Origin: Azolla caroliniana
Taxonomy: Eukaryota; Plantae; Polypodiophyta
Reading direction: 5' to 3'
Length of the DNA: 64,000 nucleotides
Assembly: GCA_043228905.1 (NCBI GenBank)
Contig: JBHGNT010000015.1
Coordinates: forward strand, 14,880,001-14,944,000
Position numbers and translations under genes: made by a program. Under the pieces are notes generated by a model. The model made no database searches and had not been told where the DNA came from. It saw only the letters and a program-made list of their open reading frames with translations. Positions within the stretch are counted from its first letter, which is position 1, and every line of letters begins with the position of its first letter. Of this stretch, positions 22,488 to 35,502 are shown one piece after another.

Positions 22488-25400
22488 GTCTAGTGAAGGG
22501 TAAGGGAAATGCGTCCGTAATGGTTACGGTGTTTAATTTCCGGTAATCTACGCATACCGGTATTTTGCCGTTTTTCTTTGATATGAGCACTATCGGGCTT
22601 AGCCATGTCGCTTGTTTAACTGGTCGTATGAACCCCGCCTTCAGGAGCTTGTCAATTTCTTCTTTCACGCGGGTCGCGTAATTGGGGTTCATGCGGTAGC
22701 AGCGCTGCTGGACGGGTTTCGCATCAGTTGCTAAATTGATCTTATGCTGATAGAACTTGGGATCTAACCCCTTCATGTCCTCGTGAGCCCAAGCGAACAC
22801 ATCTATATATTCCGTGAGTAGTGCGACCATTGTGATTCTCTGGTCCGGCCTTAATTCCTTTGCGATGGAGAGGAACCGGGGCTCCGATTCCGTACCCACA
22901 TTTACTTCATCAAGAGCGGAAACGGTGACTCGTCGTGAAATCTCCATTTCCCTTTCGAATGCCGCCCGTGCTCTGCTGAGTTCCAATATGGACTCTAGTT
23001 TTGGTTCGTAAGGATCATCGTGGGGAACAATGGTCGTGGCATATTCTGTCGCGGTTGCTATGACATCTATTTCGAACAACAGAATAATCCAAGGGTGTTC
23101 GTCGAGGTACGCCTCCAATTCTGCATCCTCCACCCCAGCCAACATATTTATGTCCTCCGCGTATAACGGTGTTATACCCTTAGGTTGCGGCGTGTTGCCT
23201 TCCGTAGGTACGCGAACCTTGGTGCGTCCATGCCGGAAACTGATACACTCGTGTTGCCAGCTCTGCTTGATATTTGCTGTCTGAAGCCATGGTCTGCCCA
23301 GAAGCACTGGGTACGCTCCTGGGGCCTCCAAAGCGAGGACGACCGCTGAGATGTTGAAGCGGTGTCCGCCCACGATGATGCCTATTTTGCGAATTAACCC
23401 CAACGGTCGCACTGAGCGGTTATCTGCCATGCGGAGCTAGAATGGACACGCCTCCCACTCGGAAATGCCTAACTGCTCGCAAGTTTTCGTGCTAATTACA
23501 TTGACGCCTGAGCCGCCGTCGATTACGCATCCAAGAACTTCCTGTCTGTGCAATATTACTGTAATAGCCGGGTTGTGCTGATCCACCACCGGTGGCCCAT
23601 CGCTGACGTCATTTAGGTTTGTGGTGACGCTTGCCCCGGGTATGCCCGCCGCCTGTGCTTCCATGGTCTGGCGGAAACGTGGAACTAGCTGCAGTAGTTT
23701 TTCCATGGTTAACGTTATTTCACAGCCTGCTAACACCTGCCAAATGGGGTCCGGACCTGGTCTTTCGTTCTCTGTTCAATCCATTGTGTTCGCGGACTCC
23801 TGCCGCATACGTTCCGTATTGGTCACGTTTGCTTTTTCTACCCACGCTTGGTCTTGTCGGCGTACCTCGTTTTGCGCAACCCAATCCGCCGTTTTTGTTT
23901 GCTGGCGTGTCGTGACTTGTTGCACCTCCATCGTAATCGTATTGACAGCGGGCCCCTTTCCCTTGCGTGCTGGGCATTGCGTGGCATAATGTCTGGGTTG
24001 CTGACAAATAAAACAATGGATGCTTGATTCTCCCTTCTCGGCTCTAGGTGGTGTGTGCCACTCTTCGGGTGCTACTTGCTCTTCACAGTCCGGCCTTGTT
24101 TGTCGGAACATACGTGGTGGCTGCTGTTGGTCCCGTCGTTGTTCCTGGTACCGCTCATCCCCCGAGCTTTCGTCGTAACGCCGTTGATCCTTGTATTGCC
24201 GTGGCTTACCCCGATAGCCATTGAAGCCGCCCCGTTTGTTTGTTGGCCGTTGATTCTCGTAGTGCCGACCCCCTTTGGCGTAACTCAGATGTCCACGATA
24301 ATCCTCATCCTCTGGGTCGTCCTCCTCGGAATCGTTGTGATTCCGATGATTCCGGTTGTACCGGTCCTCCCGCGGGTTGTGATCCTTATACCAGGGTCGG
24401 TCTTCTTGCCTCCTTTGTTCAGCCCGGTGCGGTTGACACTGTGTGTCCATGCTGCAGACTGCGGGGGTGGCTCTGTTTAACATATTGTACTCGCATTGGT
24501 CGACTGTGTGAGCCTTCAAGTGGCAGATTGGGTAGTGGATTCGCATATTGCACTCCACTACAGAATGCCCAGAGTTCAAGAAAATCGTGCATTGGATTGC
24601 TTGACGAAATTGGCGTTCCTCATCCTGAGGTAACGCTTGTCGTAAGCAGGACACAGAAAACCGTTCCTCCTCGTCATCCAACTCGAGCTGTAACGCTCGT
24701 TCAATTACCATATCCGCCGTTTCCCCTTTCACGCTATTGTTGTTGAGCATTGCCCGGATGGGCCGGCGTAAGGCTGCCAGAAATGTTTCCCGAGCTTCTT
24801 CCTCCGCGGGGCTTCGTTCTAGTTTCCGTCGTAAATTTTGGAAACGTAAGCTGAAGTCTGCTATTGTCTCTGTCGGTAGTTGCTTAATTGTATAAAACTG
24901 CTCGAGAATCTCACGTTGTGGGACCCTCCGAAGGAAGAATCGCAAGAAAGCGGACTGCAGCTGATCGAAGGTTGTTATGGCTGGTAAATCCATCTGTGAA
25001 TGCCAAAACGCCGCACGCCCATCTAGTGTTAATCCGAACTCCGACATTTTTGACTGGTGTGCCACTGTGTCGGAGAGATTCTGCGCCATGTGGTTCGCAT
25101 TCTAGACATTTAGGAACATGCGAATATGCGTTGCGGCGTCGGTTTCGCCGTTAAATCGGGGGTAGGCAAAGGCCATAGTGGGAGCTACGGCGGATCGGGA
25201 AAGACCACTGGGTGGCTGTGGTGAGCGTGGTCCCCGTGTCTCATCGAGGTATTTGGGGAGCGAAGAATCCCCTTTGCACTCACGGCAGGTAGTACTGAGG
25301 TTGCTAAGGCGCGGCCTTTGCCGTGCGCGTTCTTCTGCCTGGCGTGTGACGGACTTTGTTATTGGCCGGTCTTGTCGTGTTGGTTCTCTGGGTCGTCTGC

Positions 25401-25807
25401 GGCTAAACATCCATTCGTTGTTGCTCGTCTGTGAGGAAACACAGATCACCAAGCGTGCCAAAAGTGTTGCCGTTTAGGAACACGATCCGCGGTCAGTCCT
25501 TCGACCTAGACCTCAAGTGGGTGTGGAACAACGAACAAGTGTATAAGCGTAATGTGTAAGGGTAGAACCCCTTTAACCTATCAGCATATAAGGGAAGACG
25601 GCTACAACCGAATCCCTATTCAGGGTTACACTTACATACTACAACGCTTAAGTAATCAAGACACCCACTCTGAACTAGCTGTAGCTATACACAGAAAAAT
25701 CAGAGAAGATAGTATTCTATTATAAGGCGTTTCTTTACATTCCCCAAAATTATACGCACCTCCATCAGGGTCTAATTAGCTGTTCACGCTTCGCGTGAAC
25801 TGTTACA
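22488..25807 (-). mobile_element. Gypsy family B 5' half (LTR ~25465-25807, PBS, gag, protease, start of RT)
   Basis: gag 23776-25461 with CFICQQPRHYATQC; protease VIDGGSG; RT start SPIVLI..CVDYRKLN..DAFPLP; PBS TGGCACGCTTGG at 25449-25460 after LTR end ..GCAACA. Confidence 0.88.
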
Positions 25808-25869
25808 TGCGTTATGCTCTTATATAATTTCTTACTCCTACACTTTTGTCTGTCGGTTACTATTCCAGC

Positions 25870-26440
25870 GGACAACATCTCTTCAAGATGCTCAAGCTCT
25901 CTTGGAACCTCTGCTCTGACTATCATCCCCAAACTAATGGGCAAGCGGAACAAACAAACCAAACACTAGAACAATATCTTCGGTGTTTTTTGAGTTATCA
26001 ACAGGACGATTAGGCTGATATTCTCCACTTTGCTGAGCTTGCTTATAATAACGCTATTTACTCCTCCACTTGGGTCTCCCCATTTTACACTTATACCAGT
26101 TCACACCCTCCTTGGTCTGTGATCGATACTCCGGAGCTACCTACCAATCCTCGTGCCGAGGATCATTTGGAGAGGTTATGCAAGATTCAGACGGATCTAT
26201 CTACTCATCTTCGTCATGCTCAACACACACAGAAGACTTATGTAGATCGTGATCGGCTTCCCTCCTCTTTTGCCATCGGAGATCGAGTATGGCTCCTACG
26301 TCATCACATCAAGATTACTCGACCATGCGAAAAATTGGATTATCAACGATTTGGTCCTTTTCGTATTACCGGCAAGATTAATGATGTCACGTTCCGCCTT
26401 GATCTTCCTTCGCACCTTCAGATACATCCGGTCTTCCCAT
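25870..26440 (+). mobile_element. Chromovirus-type Gypsy integrase fragment
   Basis: QTNGQAEQTNQTLEQYLRCF..AYNN..GDRVWL..KLDYQRFGPFRI..RLDLP..IHPVF. Confidence 0.8.
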
Positions 26441-26447
26441 GACCTTA

Positions 26448-27060
26448 TGTTATAAAGGTCGAGCTCTTGACCATTACACTATCTATTGTAATACGTAGGA
26501 TATTATTTTCATTTATATTTTACTATAGAAAATTAATGTATATTCCAGATTTCTCTAGAACATTCTAGAAGTTTTAGGACTACTCTTGAGAACACTATAA
26601 GAGGCACACGACATTATTTCGAACCAAATTTGTTCAACGCTAGTTTTATGCCTCATAGGTATTTTGTATTTACTCTTCACATAATATATCATCTATTATC
26701 ATCATCCTCTCACTCTCTCACGTTCTCCCTATCTCTCTCTCTCTCTCTCTCTCTCTCCTTTTCTCTCTTCCTCTCTTGTGAGTATTACGTAGTCAATCCT
26801 CTTAGTACTAATAGTACTTCCCTTCTCTAGTAATGATTCTCTCTCTATTTTAGTACTATTCCTAATAGTCGTTGCTATTTGTTCCAACTTTTTCGAATGT
26901 GCCAACTTCTTCAGTCGACACAACTTCCTTTTTTTTCTTGCCTCCTCCTGCATCTTTTGTTTCCGGCTTGGGCTCTTTGTTCCGGTGGGTCCCCCTGTGT
27001 CCCTCCCTTGCTTTAGAGAGCCTTAGTACGAAACTCACACACATCCGAAACCTGGCAAAC
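26448..27060. mobile_element. LTR-like/Copia 3'-extension remnant with a (CT)n tract
   Basis: TATA-like actataag near 26594; (TC)n at 26732-26757; 26880-26925 resembles the Copia 3' extension at 29520-29560. Confidence 0.35.
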
Positions 27061-27099
27061 ATATATACAGAGAGACTTTACCAAATCCCCAACCAACCA

Positions 27100-28671
27100 C
27101 CCATTGCAATGCCTTCTACACCACGACCTACCGTGGGGACACTTTCCACAACCTCTAGGGTCGCGAAGGTCATAAAGAAATTACAACATAGGAAGTCCAT
27201 GGACCACACAGGGTTTTCCACGCTAACTCTAATCTTCAATTGTGCCCTCGGGGAGGGTTTTCCACCACAATGGAGTATGAACACAATGGCCCCCATACAT
27301 AAAGGGGGCATCCTATCGACCCAAATACATATAGGACCATTATGATAGGTCATACCCTTGCTAAATTATATGGTACAGTAATGGAGGCAAAGCTTAGGGA
27401 TTATATGGGGACCCTAAATCTTCGCACACCTAAATAGGTTCGCTTTAGACGTTCATATCTTCACACGATGCTTAATTGACTAGACTAAGGCTCGCAAGAA
27501 GAAGTTATTGTTGGGAGACAGGTCCCTCCGGATGGGAAGGGAGAAGAACAGTGCCGTCGAACGATCTCGGCCGAGGCTGAAACCGGAAGAGGAGTACCCG
27601 GCTACGGAGAGCCGGATGGTGCAGACCCGGTATGAACCAGAAGAGGAGTACCCGGCTACGGAGAGCCGGATGGTGCAGACCCGGTATGAACCGGATGAAG
27701 AGACATATTCGTAAATATGTTTCTGAGAGTCCATCGAGGCTATATTTGTAAATAGCCGAAAAGTCATATTAGTATAAATATGACTTAGGGCAAACTTTTG
27801 TTGTTGATAGTTGTTGTCATTTTTCCTTGTTGGTGCAAGAAGAAGAGAGAGCACGTAATAGTGTACAGAGAGAGAGAGAGAGAGAAAGAGGTCGTTGCCT
27901 CTGTTGTAACCGCCGCCTGTGGCGAAGATCTGTGAGCACGAGGTCGTTGCCTCTGTGAACTCATTGTTGTACATTCTCACATAGTGACAGTTTGCAGCCT
28001 GTGGGCTGCCGTGGTTTTTCCCCTAGTTTGGGGTTTTTCCACGTAAACCTCCTGTGTATCTTCCTCCTCTTTGTGTCATGTTTTATTTCCCGTTTTTCTG
28101 TGTATGAAAAGAATCACGGTTGTGGCCGAGCGTTGGACATAAGGAGCCTTGAGTTCCCGTCAGTTATATTGTTGTTTTGTGGACTTCCACAGAGCCTTGG
28201 ACACGGTCCCTAAAGAGTGGTTGTTGGATAGGCTTAAAAGCTTGAGGATACCAGATGACATGGTTTGGGCCATCTACGCACTATATGAACAAGTGTCTAT
28301 GTGTGTTCGATGCCCAGGTGTCCTATCCAATTGTTTCACTAGCACTATTGGTGTAAAACAAGGTTGCCCCCTTTTTGGGATCTACATTGATGACATCACA
28401 TATTTTATTTCTTGTAAGGGAGGCAATGGAGTTGTCCTTGGGGATACGGAGGTTCATATCTTGCTCTATGTAGACGACATAGTTTTGCGCTCTGAATTCG
28501 AACACGACCTAGAAAGGCACCTTAATAGCTTAGATGACTTTTGGGCACAATGAGGATTGGTAGTGAATCTAGGGAAAGCTAAAGTCCTTATCTTCCACAC
28601 ATCAGCCCAAGTTAGAGCTAAGTGTCACCTAACTATCTACCATAGCCCAGTTGAGGTGGTTGGATCATATG
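27100..28671 (+). mobile_element. RTE-type LINE reverse transcriptase fragment
   Basis: PIHKGG..YRTIMIGHTLAKLY, LYCCFVDF..DTVP, GVKQGCPL, LLYVDDIVL; split by a solo LTR and cut by a Copia insertion. Confidence 0.8.
27509..28162 (+). mobile_element. Solo LTR (probably Copia) with 5-bp TSD
   Basis: TGTTGGGA...TCCCGTCA flanked by GTTAT/GTTAT; removal restores the LINE frame; 60-bp tandem duplication at ~27580-27700. Confidence 0.88.
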
Positions 28672-31600
28672 TGTAAAAGATTGCTTGCGGAAGCGTTAGA
28701 AAGAACAATTCACAGAGAGAGAGAGAGAGAGTACGCAGGAGAGACAGAGAGTGAGAGAGCAGAACACGCTATTTTTCAAGATTATATGAATACTCTGTGC
28801 TCTTTATCTACAACACGCTCATCAACGCTATTTATACAAGTCCTCACGGGACTGTTAGAAGTACGGTGTACTTCAATGCTCACACGAGCATCTAACACTA
28901 ACTACGAGACTATAACTGCCTAGTAGTCTAACCTATACTAGGCTTCCGGTTACGAATTGGATTCGGCATATCGGCTCCTCTTGCTTACTGGTCCTTATTG
29001 CTTACTAGCTCAGGCTTATTCAGCCGATCCGGCTCCGGTTGAGCTTGCCGCTCAACACTCCCCCTCAAGCTAAACCTGAGGTAGGGTCGTAGTGTCCACC
29101 TCTGTGGCAGCCGGTTCTTCCAACCGACTTCTCCTGGCGTCGCTTCGCCTTGCTCGCGCTCCTTGTCCGGTCCGGTTCCGTTTGCCGCGACCCCTTTGGT
29201 TCTGCGTGCCTCGACCTTTGCCATGTCTGCTCAATAGGCCCATCTCAGCTCCTTCACTGCTATGACTCCGGAGCTTGCCGATCCGTCGGTTCCACCGCGA
29301 TGGTATCGACTTCCGCTGCGTCCGTGTCTCCTTGGCCTTTCGTTGATCCGACTCATCCCGATCCATCTATTGATCCAAATTGGCTCTCTCCGACTCGTTC
29401 CAGCTCTTGTCCGAATCGGTATCCTCTGATTCGATTTTCGGCTTCAGGCCTCTCACCACATCGGACCACGTCCGGGTCTTGGCCTTCTCCGTGCTTCCCT
29501 TGGCTTCTTCAGCCGGTTCACCGACTTGTTCGGATGTGCCGACTTCCTTCGTCGACTCAGTTTCATTTTGGCCTCTATCTCCACCTCTACCGATTCTTCT
29601 CTTACCTACGGGTTCAATAGTTTTGCATTTGCCCGTTTCGGTAGTGTCTTTGCCCTTGTGTCTCCCCCTCAAGTGCGGCACGTCGAGATGTTGAACACCA
29701 AGTTTTTTGGTAAAGTGCTGCAACTTGTCCGACCCGAGCGGCTTGGTGAAGATGTCGGCAACTTGTCGATCCGTGTGAACATACCGTAGTTCAACTTCAC
29801 TGCTCAGGACCCGCTCACGCACGAAGTGATAATGCACTTCTATGTGCTTTGTGTGAGCATGGAACACAGGGTTCTTGGCCAGCTGCATGCTGCTGAGGTT
29901 ATCGCAGTAGATCAGGATCGGGGTCGGTACCTCGATCCACAGGTCTTGCAGTAGTCGCCGAAGCCAAATGGCTTCGCAGGTGGCAATGGGCGCGCCCCAA
30001 TATTCAGCCTCAGTGCTGGATAGAGCCACTGTTGGCTGCTTTTTGCTGCTCCACGCAACAGCTGCGCTCCCAAGAGAAAACATAAAGCCGGAGGTTGAGT
30101 GATGATCCGTTGCGTCGCCAGTCTAGTCGACATCCGTGTAGCCGACAAGCTCGTTGGTTATACCTTGCCGGTATAAGAGCCCCTGGTCCTTAGTGCCGCT
30201 TACATACCTCAATATTCGTTGCGCGCACTGAAGGTGCTCCACGGTTGGCTTATGCATGAATTGGCTTACCACTCCGACCGGATAGCTAATGCCTTCATAT
30301 CAAATGCGTCCGACAACTGGGACTTGACGCGGTTGATTTCCGGAAGACTTGTGCCGGTGATGACTAAATCATCAACATAGAGTAAGATACACACTGGACC
30401 GTTTGAGCCTTGATGGATGAATAGGGAAGAGTCTGACTTAGAGGCAACAAACCCCATCTTTCGCAACCGGTGCGTGATCTTAGCATTCCAAGCACAGGGG
30501 GCTTGCTTCAAGCCGTACAACGACTTCCTCAGCCGGCATACCACCGACTTGTTCATCTCCGACTGAAATCCGGGGGGCTCAGCCATAAAGACTTCTTCTT
30601 CAAGATCTCCTTGAAGGAAGGCATTCTTCACATCCATCTGATGAAGATGCCACCCCCTTGCTGCAGCAACCGCCAGTACCACACGAACCGTCGTCATCTT
30701 CGCTATAGGGGTGAAGGTCTCGTCGTAGTCGATTCCGTGGGTCTGCGCATATCCCTTCGCCACTAACCGGGCCTTGTACCGGTTAACTGTACCGTCAGCA
30801 TTGTACTTTACCTTGTACACCCACTTGCATCTGATCGGTTTACAGTGACGGGGAGGGTCAACCAGGTCCCAAGTTCCGTTGGCATCCAGTGCCCGCATTT
30901 CATCCTCCATAGCGGCACGCCAATTTGCGTCCTTTGCCGCTTCTGCGTAGCTCTCCCGCTCACACACTTCCGCGATCTTGGTCATGTACGCATAATGATG
31001 CGCCATGTACTCGTTATACTCGTACCGTTTAACGGGATCCTTCTGGCGGGTGGACCGGCGTAACTCACTGTTACCCGGTATGAGACCCTTCTTGGCTGTT
31101 TCGGTCTTCGTTTCCGAAGATCGGCCTTTGTCCTTGTCGAAGTCAGATACGCACCGATCCGACTCATCATTGCCGGTCTCGAATTCTGGCATCTTCTGCT
31201 TCCCTTTCTCTTTGCGTGTGAACCGTCTCCTCGGTTCCTTGCGCGGGGAGAGCACGACAGAGTCTCCACTACTCGCCGTCTCATCATCCGACTGGTTGGA
31301 CTGATCCAGTCTCTCATTTGGTCCGCTTAACTGGAACGATTCCGGACTCTCATCTTGAGTCCCAGCTTCATCTTTCTCTACCTGGGCCAGTTCGGGCTCA
31401 CTAGCCCGATCCTCCGACATCGGGTCGGGATCGGAAGTCGGAGTCGGTAAGGAATACCACGATGCCGATTCATCAAACTCGACATCTCGATTGACTCGGA
31501 CCTGCTTCGTCCGGGGGTTATAACACTTATACCCCTTTTGCTCTTGAGCATAGCCGACTAGGATGCATTTTTCTGATTTTGCATCCAGCTTTCTCCACTT

Positions 31601-33465
31601 CTCATCCGGCACATGTACATAGGCTATGTTGCCGAATATCCGGAGGTGTCTCAAATTCGGCTTGCGACCGAAATACAGCTCGTGAGCTGACACATTGTCC
31701 CCGATCCTGTTTTGGATGTAAACGACCGTTTGGACCGCCTCCGCCCAATAGAGCTTGGGCATGCTCTTTTCCTCCAGCATTGCCTTAGCCGCGTCAATCA
31801 GTGACTGATTCTTCCTTTCGGCCACACCGTTCTGTTGTGGTGTGTATCTGCAGCTGAATTCTCGCCAAATTCCTTTCTGTTGCAGATAGCTGTTGAATTG
31901 GCCGGAAAAGTACTCTTTTCAGCCATCCGACCGTAGGCATTTGATCTTCCTCTCCGATTCCCGTTCCACCATCTTCTGGAGGCTCTGGAAACACTTGAAG
32001 ACTTCGGTCTTCCGCTCAATGAGGTAGATCCACGTATGCCGCGTGTAGTCGTCGATGAAGGAGACGAAATATCGACTCCCGCCAATGCTAACATTTTGTG
32101 CCGGTCCCCACACATCCGAATGGATAAGATCGAGCTTGTTACGGCTTCGATTTCTTTCGGTGGGGAATGGAAGCCGATGTTGCTTCCTGAGTTGGCAGGC
32201 TTCACAAATCTGGGCTCTCCGGCCGCTAAACTTTGGCAAACCAAAAACGACTTGTTCCGTTTGCAGGTCTTGAAGCCTCCGGTAGTTGACGTGGCCGATG
32301 CGCTTGTGCCACAGGTCAATATCCGACTCGACCTTCTGTCCTTTGGCGAACAGTGCGGTGCCGACATCATTGGTGTCGAGCATAAACATCCTCCCATCTC
32401 TGCGCCCTTGCGCAATAACTTCGCCCTCATCCTCAATGAAGCACCCGAGGTGCGTAAACCGCACCTGCATCCCCTGGTCGACGATCTGTCCGACCAACAC
32501 CAGGTTCTTCGTGATCGTCGGAACATATAATACATTCATCAGCTTCCCCCTCTGTCTGACATGGCTCAAAGGGACTTCTCCGACGTGCACGATTGGGTGG
32601 GGAGTGTCGTCTCCAGTTTCGACAACTCCCGGTTGATCCGGCTTCTCCAAAAAGGAGAACCACTCCCCGTGGCTCGTCATGTGGTTCGATGCGCCGGAGT
32701 CAACGTACCACACTTCCTCCGATTTGGAAGTGTTCTTCTTCATTGAGTTTGCCTTGTGCTTCATCACCAAGGCTGGCCCCTTACCGTTCTTGGATCCTCC
32801 CAATCCGTTTGCGTAGTGCGAGCTTTGCCGGCCTTCCTTACCGGTCTTGCCGGATCCGGATTTGTCCGAATCGGCATGCTTTCTCCAGCACTCGCTTTCC
32901 CTGTGGCCCTTTTTGCCACAATACTAGCATTCCGTAGCGGGTTTGTCTTGCCGGCCTCCGGCACCACCTTGACTCCCCCTACTTGTGGAAGTCCCGGAGC
33001 TGCTGTCGGCACGCTCACTATGTCTTCGTTCCTGCTCTTGTCGGCCGCCTCCATTGCGTGCCGACCTGCCTTGTCCACCACGCCCGTGGGACCGATCTGC
33101 TCCCGTGTACAGCATCCGGCTGTCTGGGGATGCACTGGTAGATGCACCGGCGTGGTTCTCCTCTACAAGGAACATCGACTGTAAGTCGAAAAATGAGGGC
33201 GTATTCTCCCTTGTACAAACCGCAGTCCGGAAAGCTCCGAACTTGGACGCCAGGCCTCCAAGACAGACCTGCACCATCTCGTCTTCCTCTACGGTGACGT
33301 TAATAGAGGCAAGCGAGTCACAGATCCCTTTGATCCGGTCTGTGTAATCTGCCACCGACATGTTCTTCTGTCGAACATTGCTCAACTCCTGTCTGAGTTG
33401 CAGCTTCCGGGCAGTGGTGCTTGCGGCGAAGACCTTTTTCAAGTTTCCCCAAGCATCCTTTGGTG
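28672..33465 (-). mobile_element. Ty1/Copia element lacking its 5' end (gag-PR-INT-RT-RH, 3' extension, 3' LTR 28672-29057)
   Basis: WYVDSGASNHMT, GAG-pre LWHKRIGH, LIHSDVWGP, RT QMDVKNAF..YVDDL, RH KHIEVHYHFVRE; PPT at 29058-29069. Confidence 0.93.
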
Positions 33466-34245
33466 TCAGAAAGGGAAACTCATGAACGTCTTGCACATCC
33501 CAACAATAACCAAGAACCTGGTATCAGTTGAACAGATCGTCGACCAAGGGATGCAATATTCAATTCACGCACCTCGGGTGCTACATTGAAAAGGAGGGCC
33601 AAGTCATCGTGCAAGGGCGTCGCGAAGGGAGGATGTTCATCCTCGATACCAACCAAGCCGGAACCGCGTTGTTCGCGAAAGCCCAAACGAGTGTAATTGA
33701 AGTCAAAATCCGCTCAGCTTAATCCATTCGGATGTGTGCGGAACGGCACAGAACGTGAGTCTCGGTGGATGTCGTTACTTCGTAACATTCATCGATGACT
33801 TCACTCGACACACCTAGGCGTGCTTGATCGCGAAAAAGAGAAAAGTCTTTGCGTGGTTCCTGAAGGTGAAGAGCACTAGGCGAAAGATCAAGTGCCTACG
33901 GTCCGATGGCGAGAAGGAGCACTTCTCCAACCAGTTCACAAGTTATCTACAGAAGGAAGGGATTCGATGCAAATTCTCATGTAGATATATGCCGTAGCAG
34001 AACAACGTGGCCGAACGGAAGAATCGAATGATTGAAGAAGTTGCCAAGGCAATGCTTGAAGAGTAGCATATTCCGAAGTTTCACTGGGCTGAAGTCGTAA
34101 GGATGGTTCTTTACTTGCAGAATCGGACCTCTGTTAATGGAGGAGTGTCGCCACATGAGTTGTATTACGAGAAGAAGCCGAACCTGGCACACCTGAGGAT
34201 TTTCAACAACATTGCGTATGTGCATGTGCTGAAGGAGAAGAGGCT
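33463..34245 (+). mobile_element. Copia PR-INT fragment, inverted relative to its neighbour
   Basis: KNLVSVEQIVDQGMQ, FVTFIDDFTR, KCLRSDG and QQNNVAERKNR with stops and deletions. Confidence 0.85.
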
Positions 34246-34494
34246 TCACTGTCAAAATTTGTATGATAGCACGTGAGTTCATGAAAAGGGGTTTAAATTA
34301 ATGAGTGAGATACAATATATATATATATAAGGGTATTAATAAAGATTTGAAAATATATTTACATAAGGGTATTATCAATTATGCTGGAAAAAAAATTACA
34401 TAAGTCAATGAAATATTAGATATTTCAATGAGATAGTAAAGAATATATGATACAAACAATACTCAAATATTGAGTAGCATATATAGATAGATAG

Positions 34495-34525
<31 letters not shown>

Positions 34526-35502
34526 CATATACATGCATGCATGCATATATACCTACATTCAAACATGACATCCATGAATATGTATATACATACATTACAC
34601 CCACTTATACATGCATACTGACTAAACATAAATATATGTACAAATATATATTACCATATGTAAATATGTACATACACATCAAAAAATGAAGAAAAAAGAT
34701 GTACAAAGAGAGAGACAAACAGTTACGGCCCGCCATCACTATGCTTCCCATTCTTTGCTCGGCCCAATAGCCTTCATGTCAACACCTCACCCAGTTTCTC
34801 GCTCCCCATAGAGACTCCATTGAAGAAGCTTCAAATTCCAAGCATCTGTGAGAGAAACACAACTGCGAGGAGAGGAAAAACAAATAGCGAATGGTGAAGA
34901 GAAGGACAGCTCCTCCACGGTCAGCCTGCACTATTGTCTGCACATCGAAAGAGGAAGCGATGTTGAAAAGAGAGCTAAGTCGTCTACATTCCTACTCAAG
35001 GGTGTGTAGGGTTATAGGTTTAAGACCGAATAGAGGAGATTTGAGAGATCTCCTCTAAGCGGCTTTCCAACATAGGATAGGAAAAATCGTCGATGTTCAA
35101 TTTCTTGGACATGCATTCTATCACCTAGAATTGGATACAACCGAATCAGTTGTGGTCATGTTGAATGCAAATGTGATCAATATTTGAAATGCTATTGCTT
35201 GTTTTGTGTCATGGAAACCAAGCTTTGATCTCGTCGAAATGTTGAATTCGGGGCATCGTTTGACCCCGATTTCTGTGGTTTTCCTGAGAATCCCTAAGGT
35301 CTACATGGTTGTACTCCCATCAATCGCAACAAGAATTGGCATGGTTCTTGCTCCTCGTGAGGAGGCATTAGAAACGAAGCTAACAGGATATCTATCAATT
35401 CGAATATTAGCTCCCTCAATCGAAAATTTACCTACTCAGGTACTTCTACCATCATTCACCAGGAAGACGATATTCATGCAAAAATGGGCGTATGTAGGTA
35501 TG

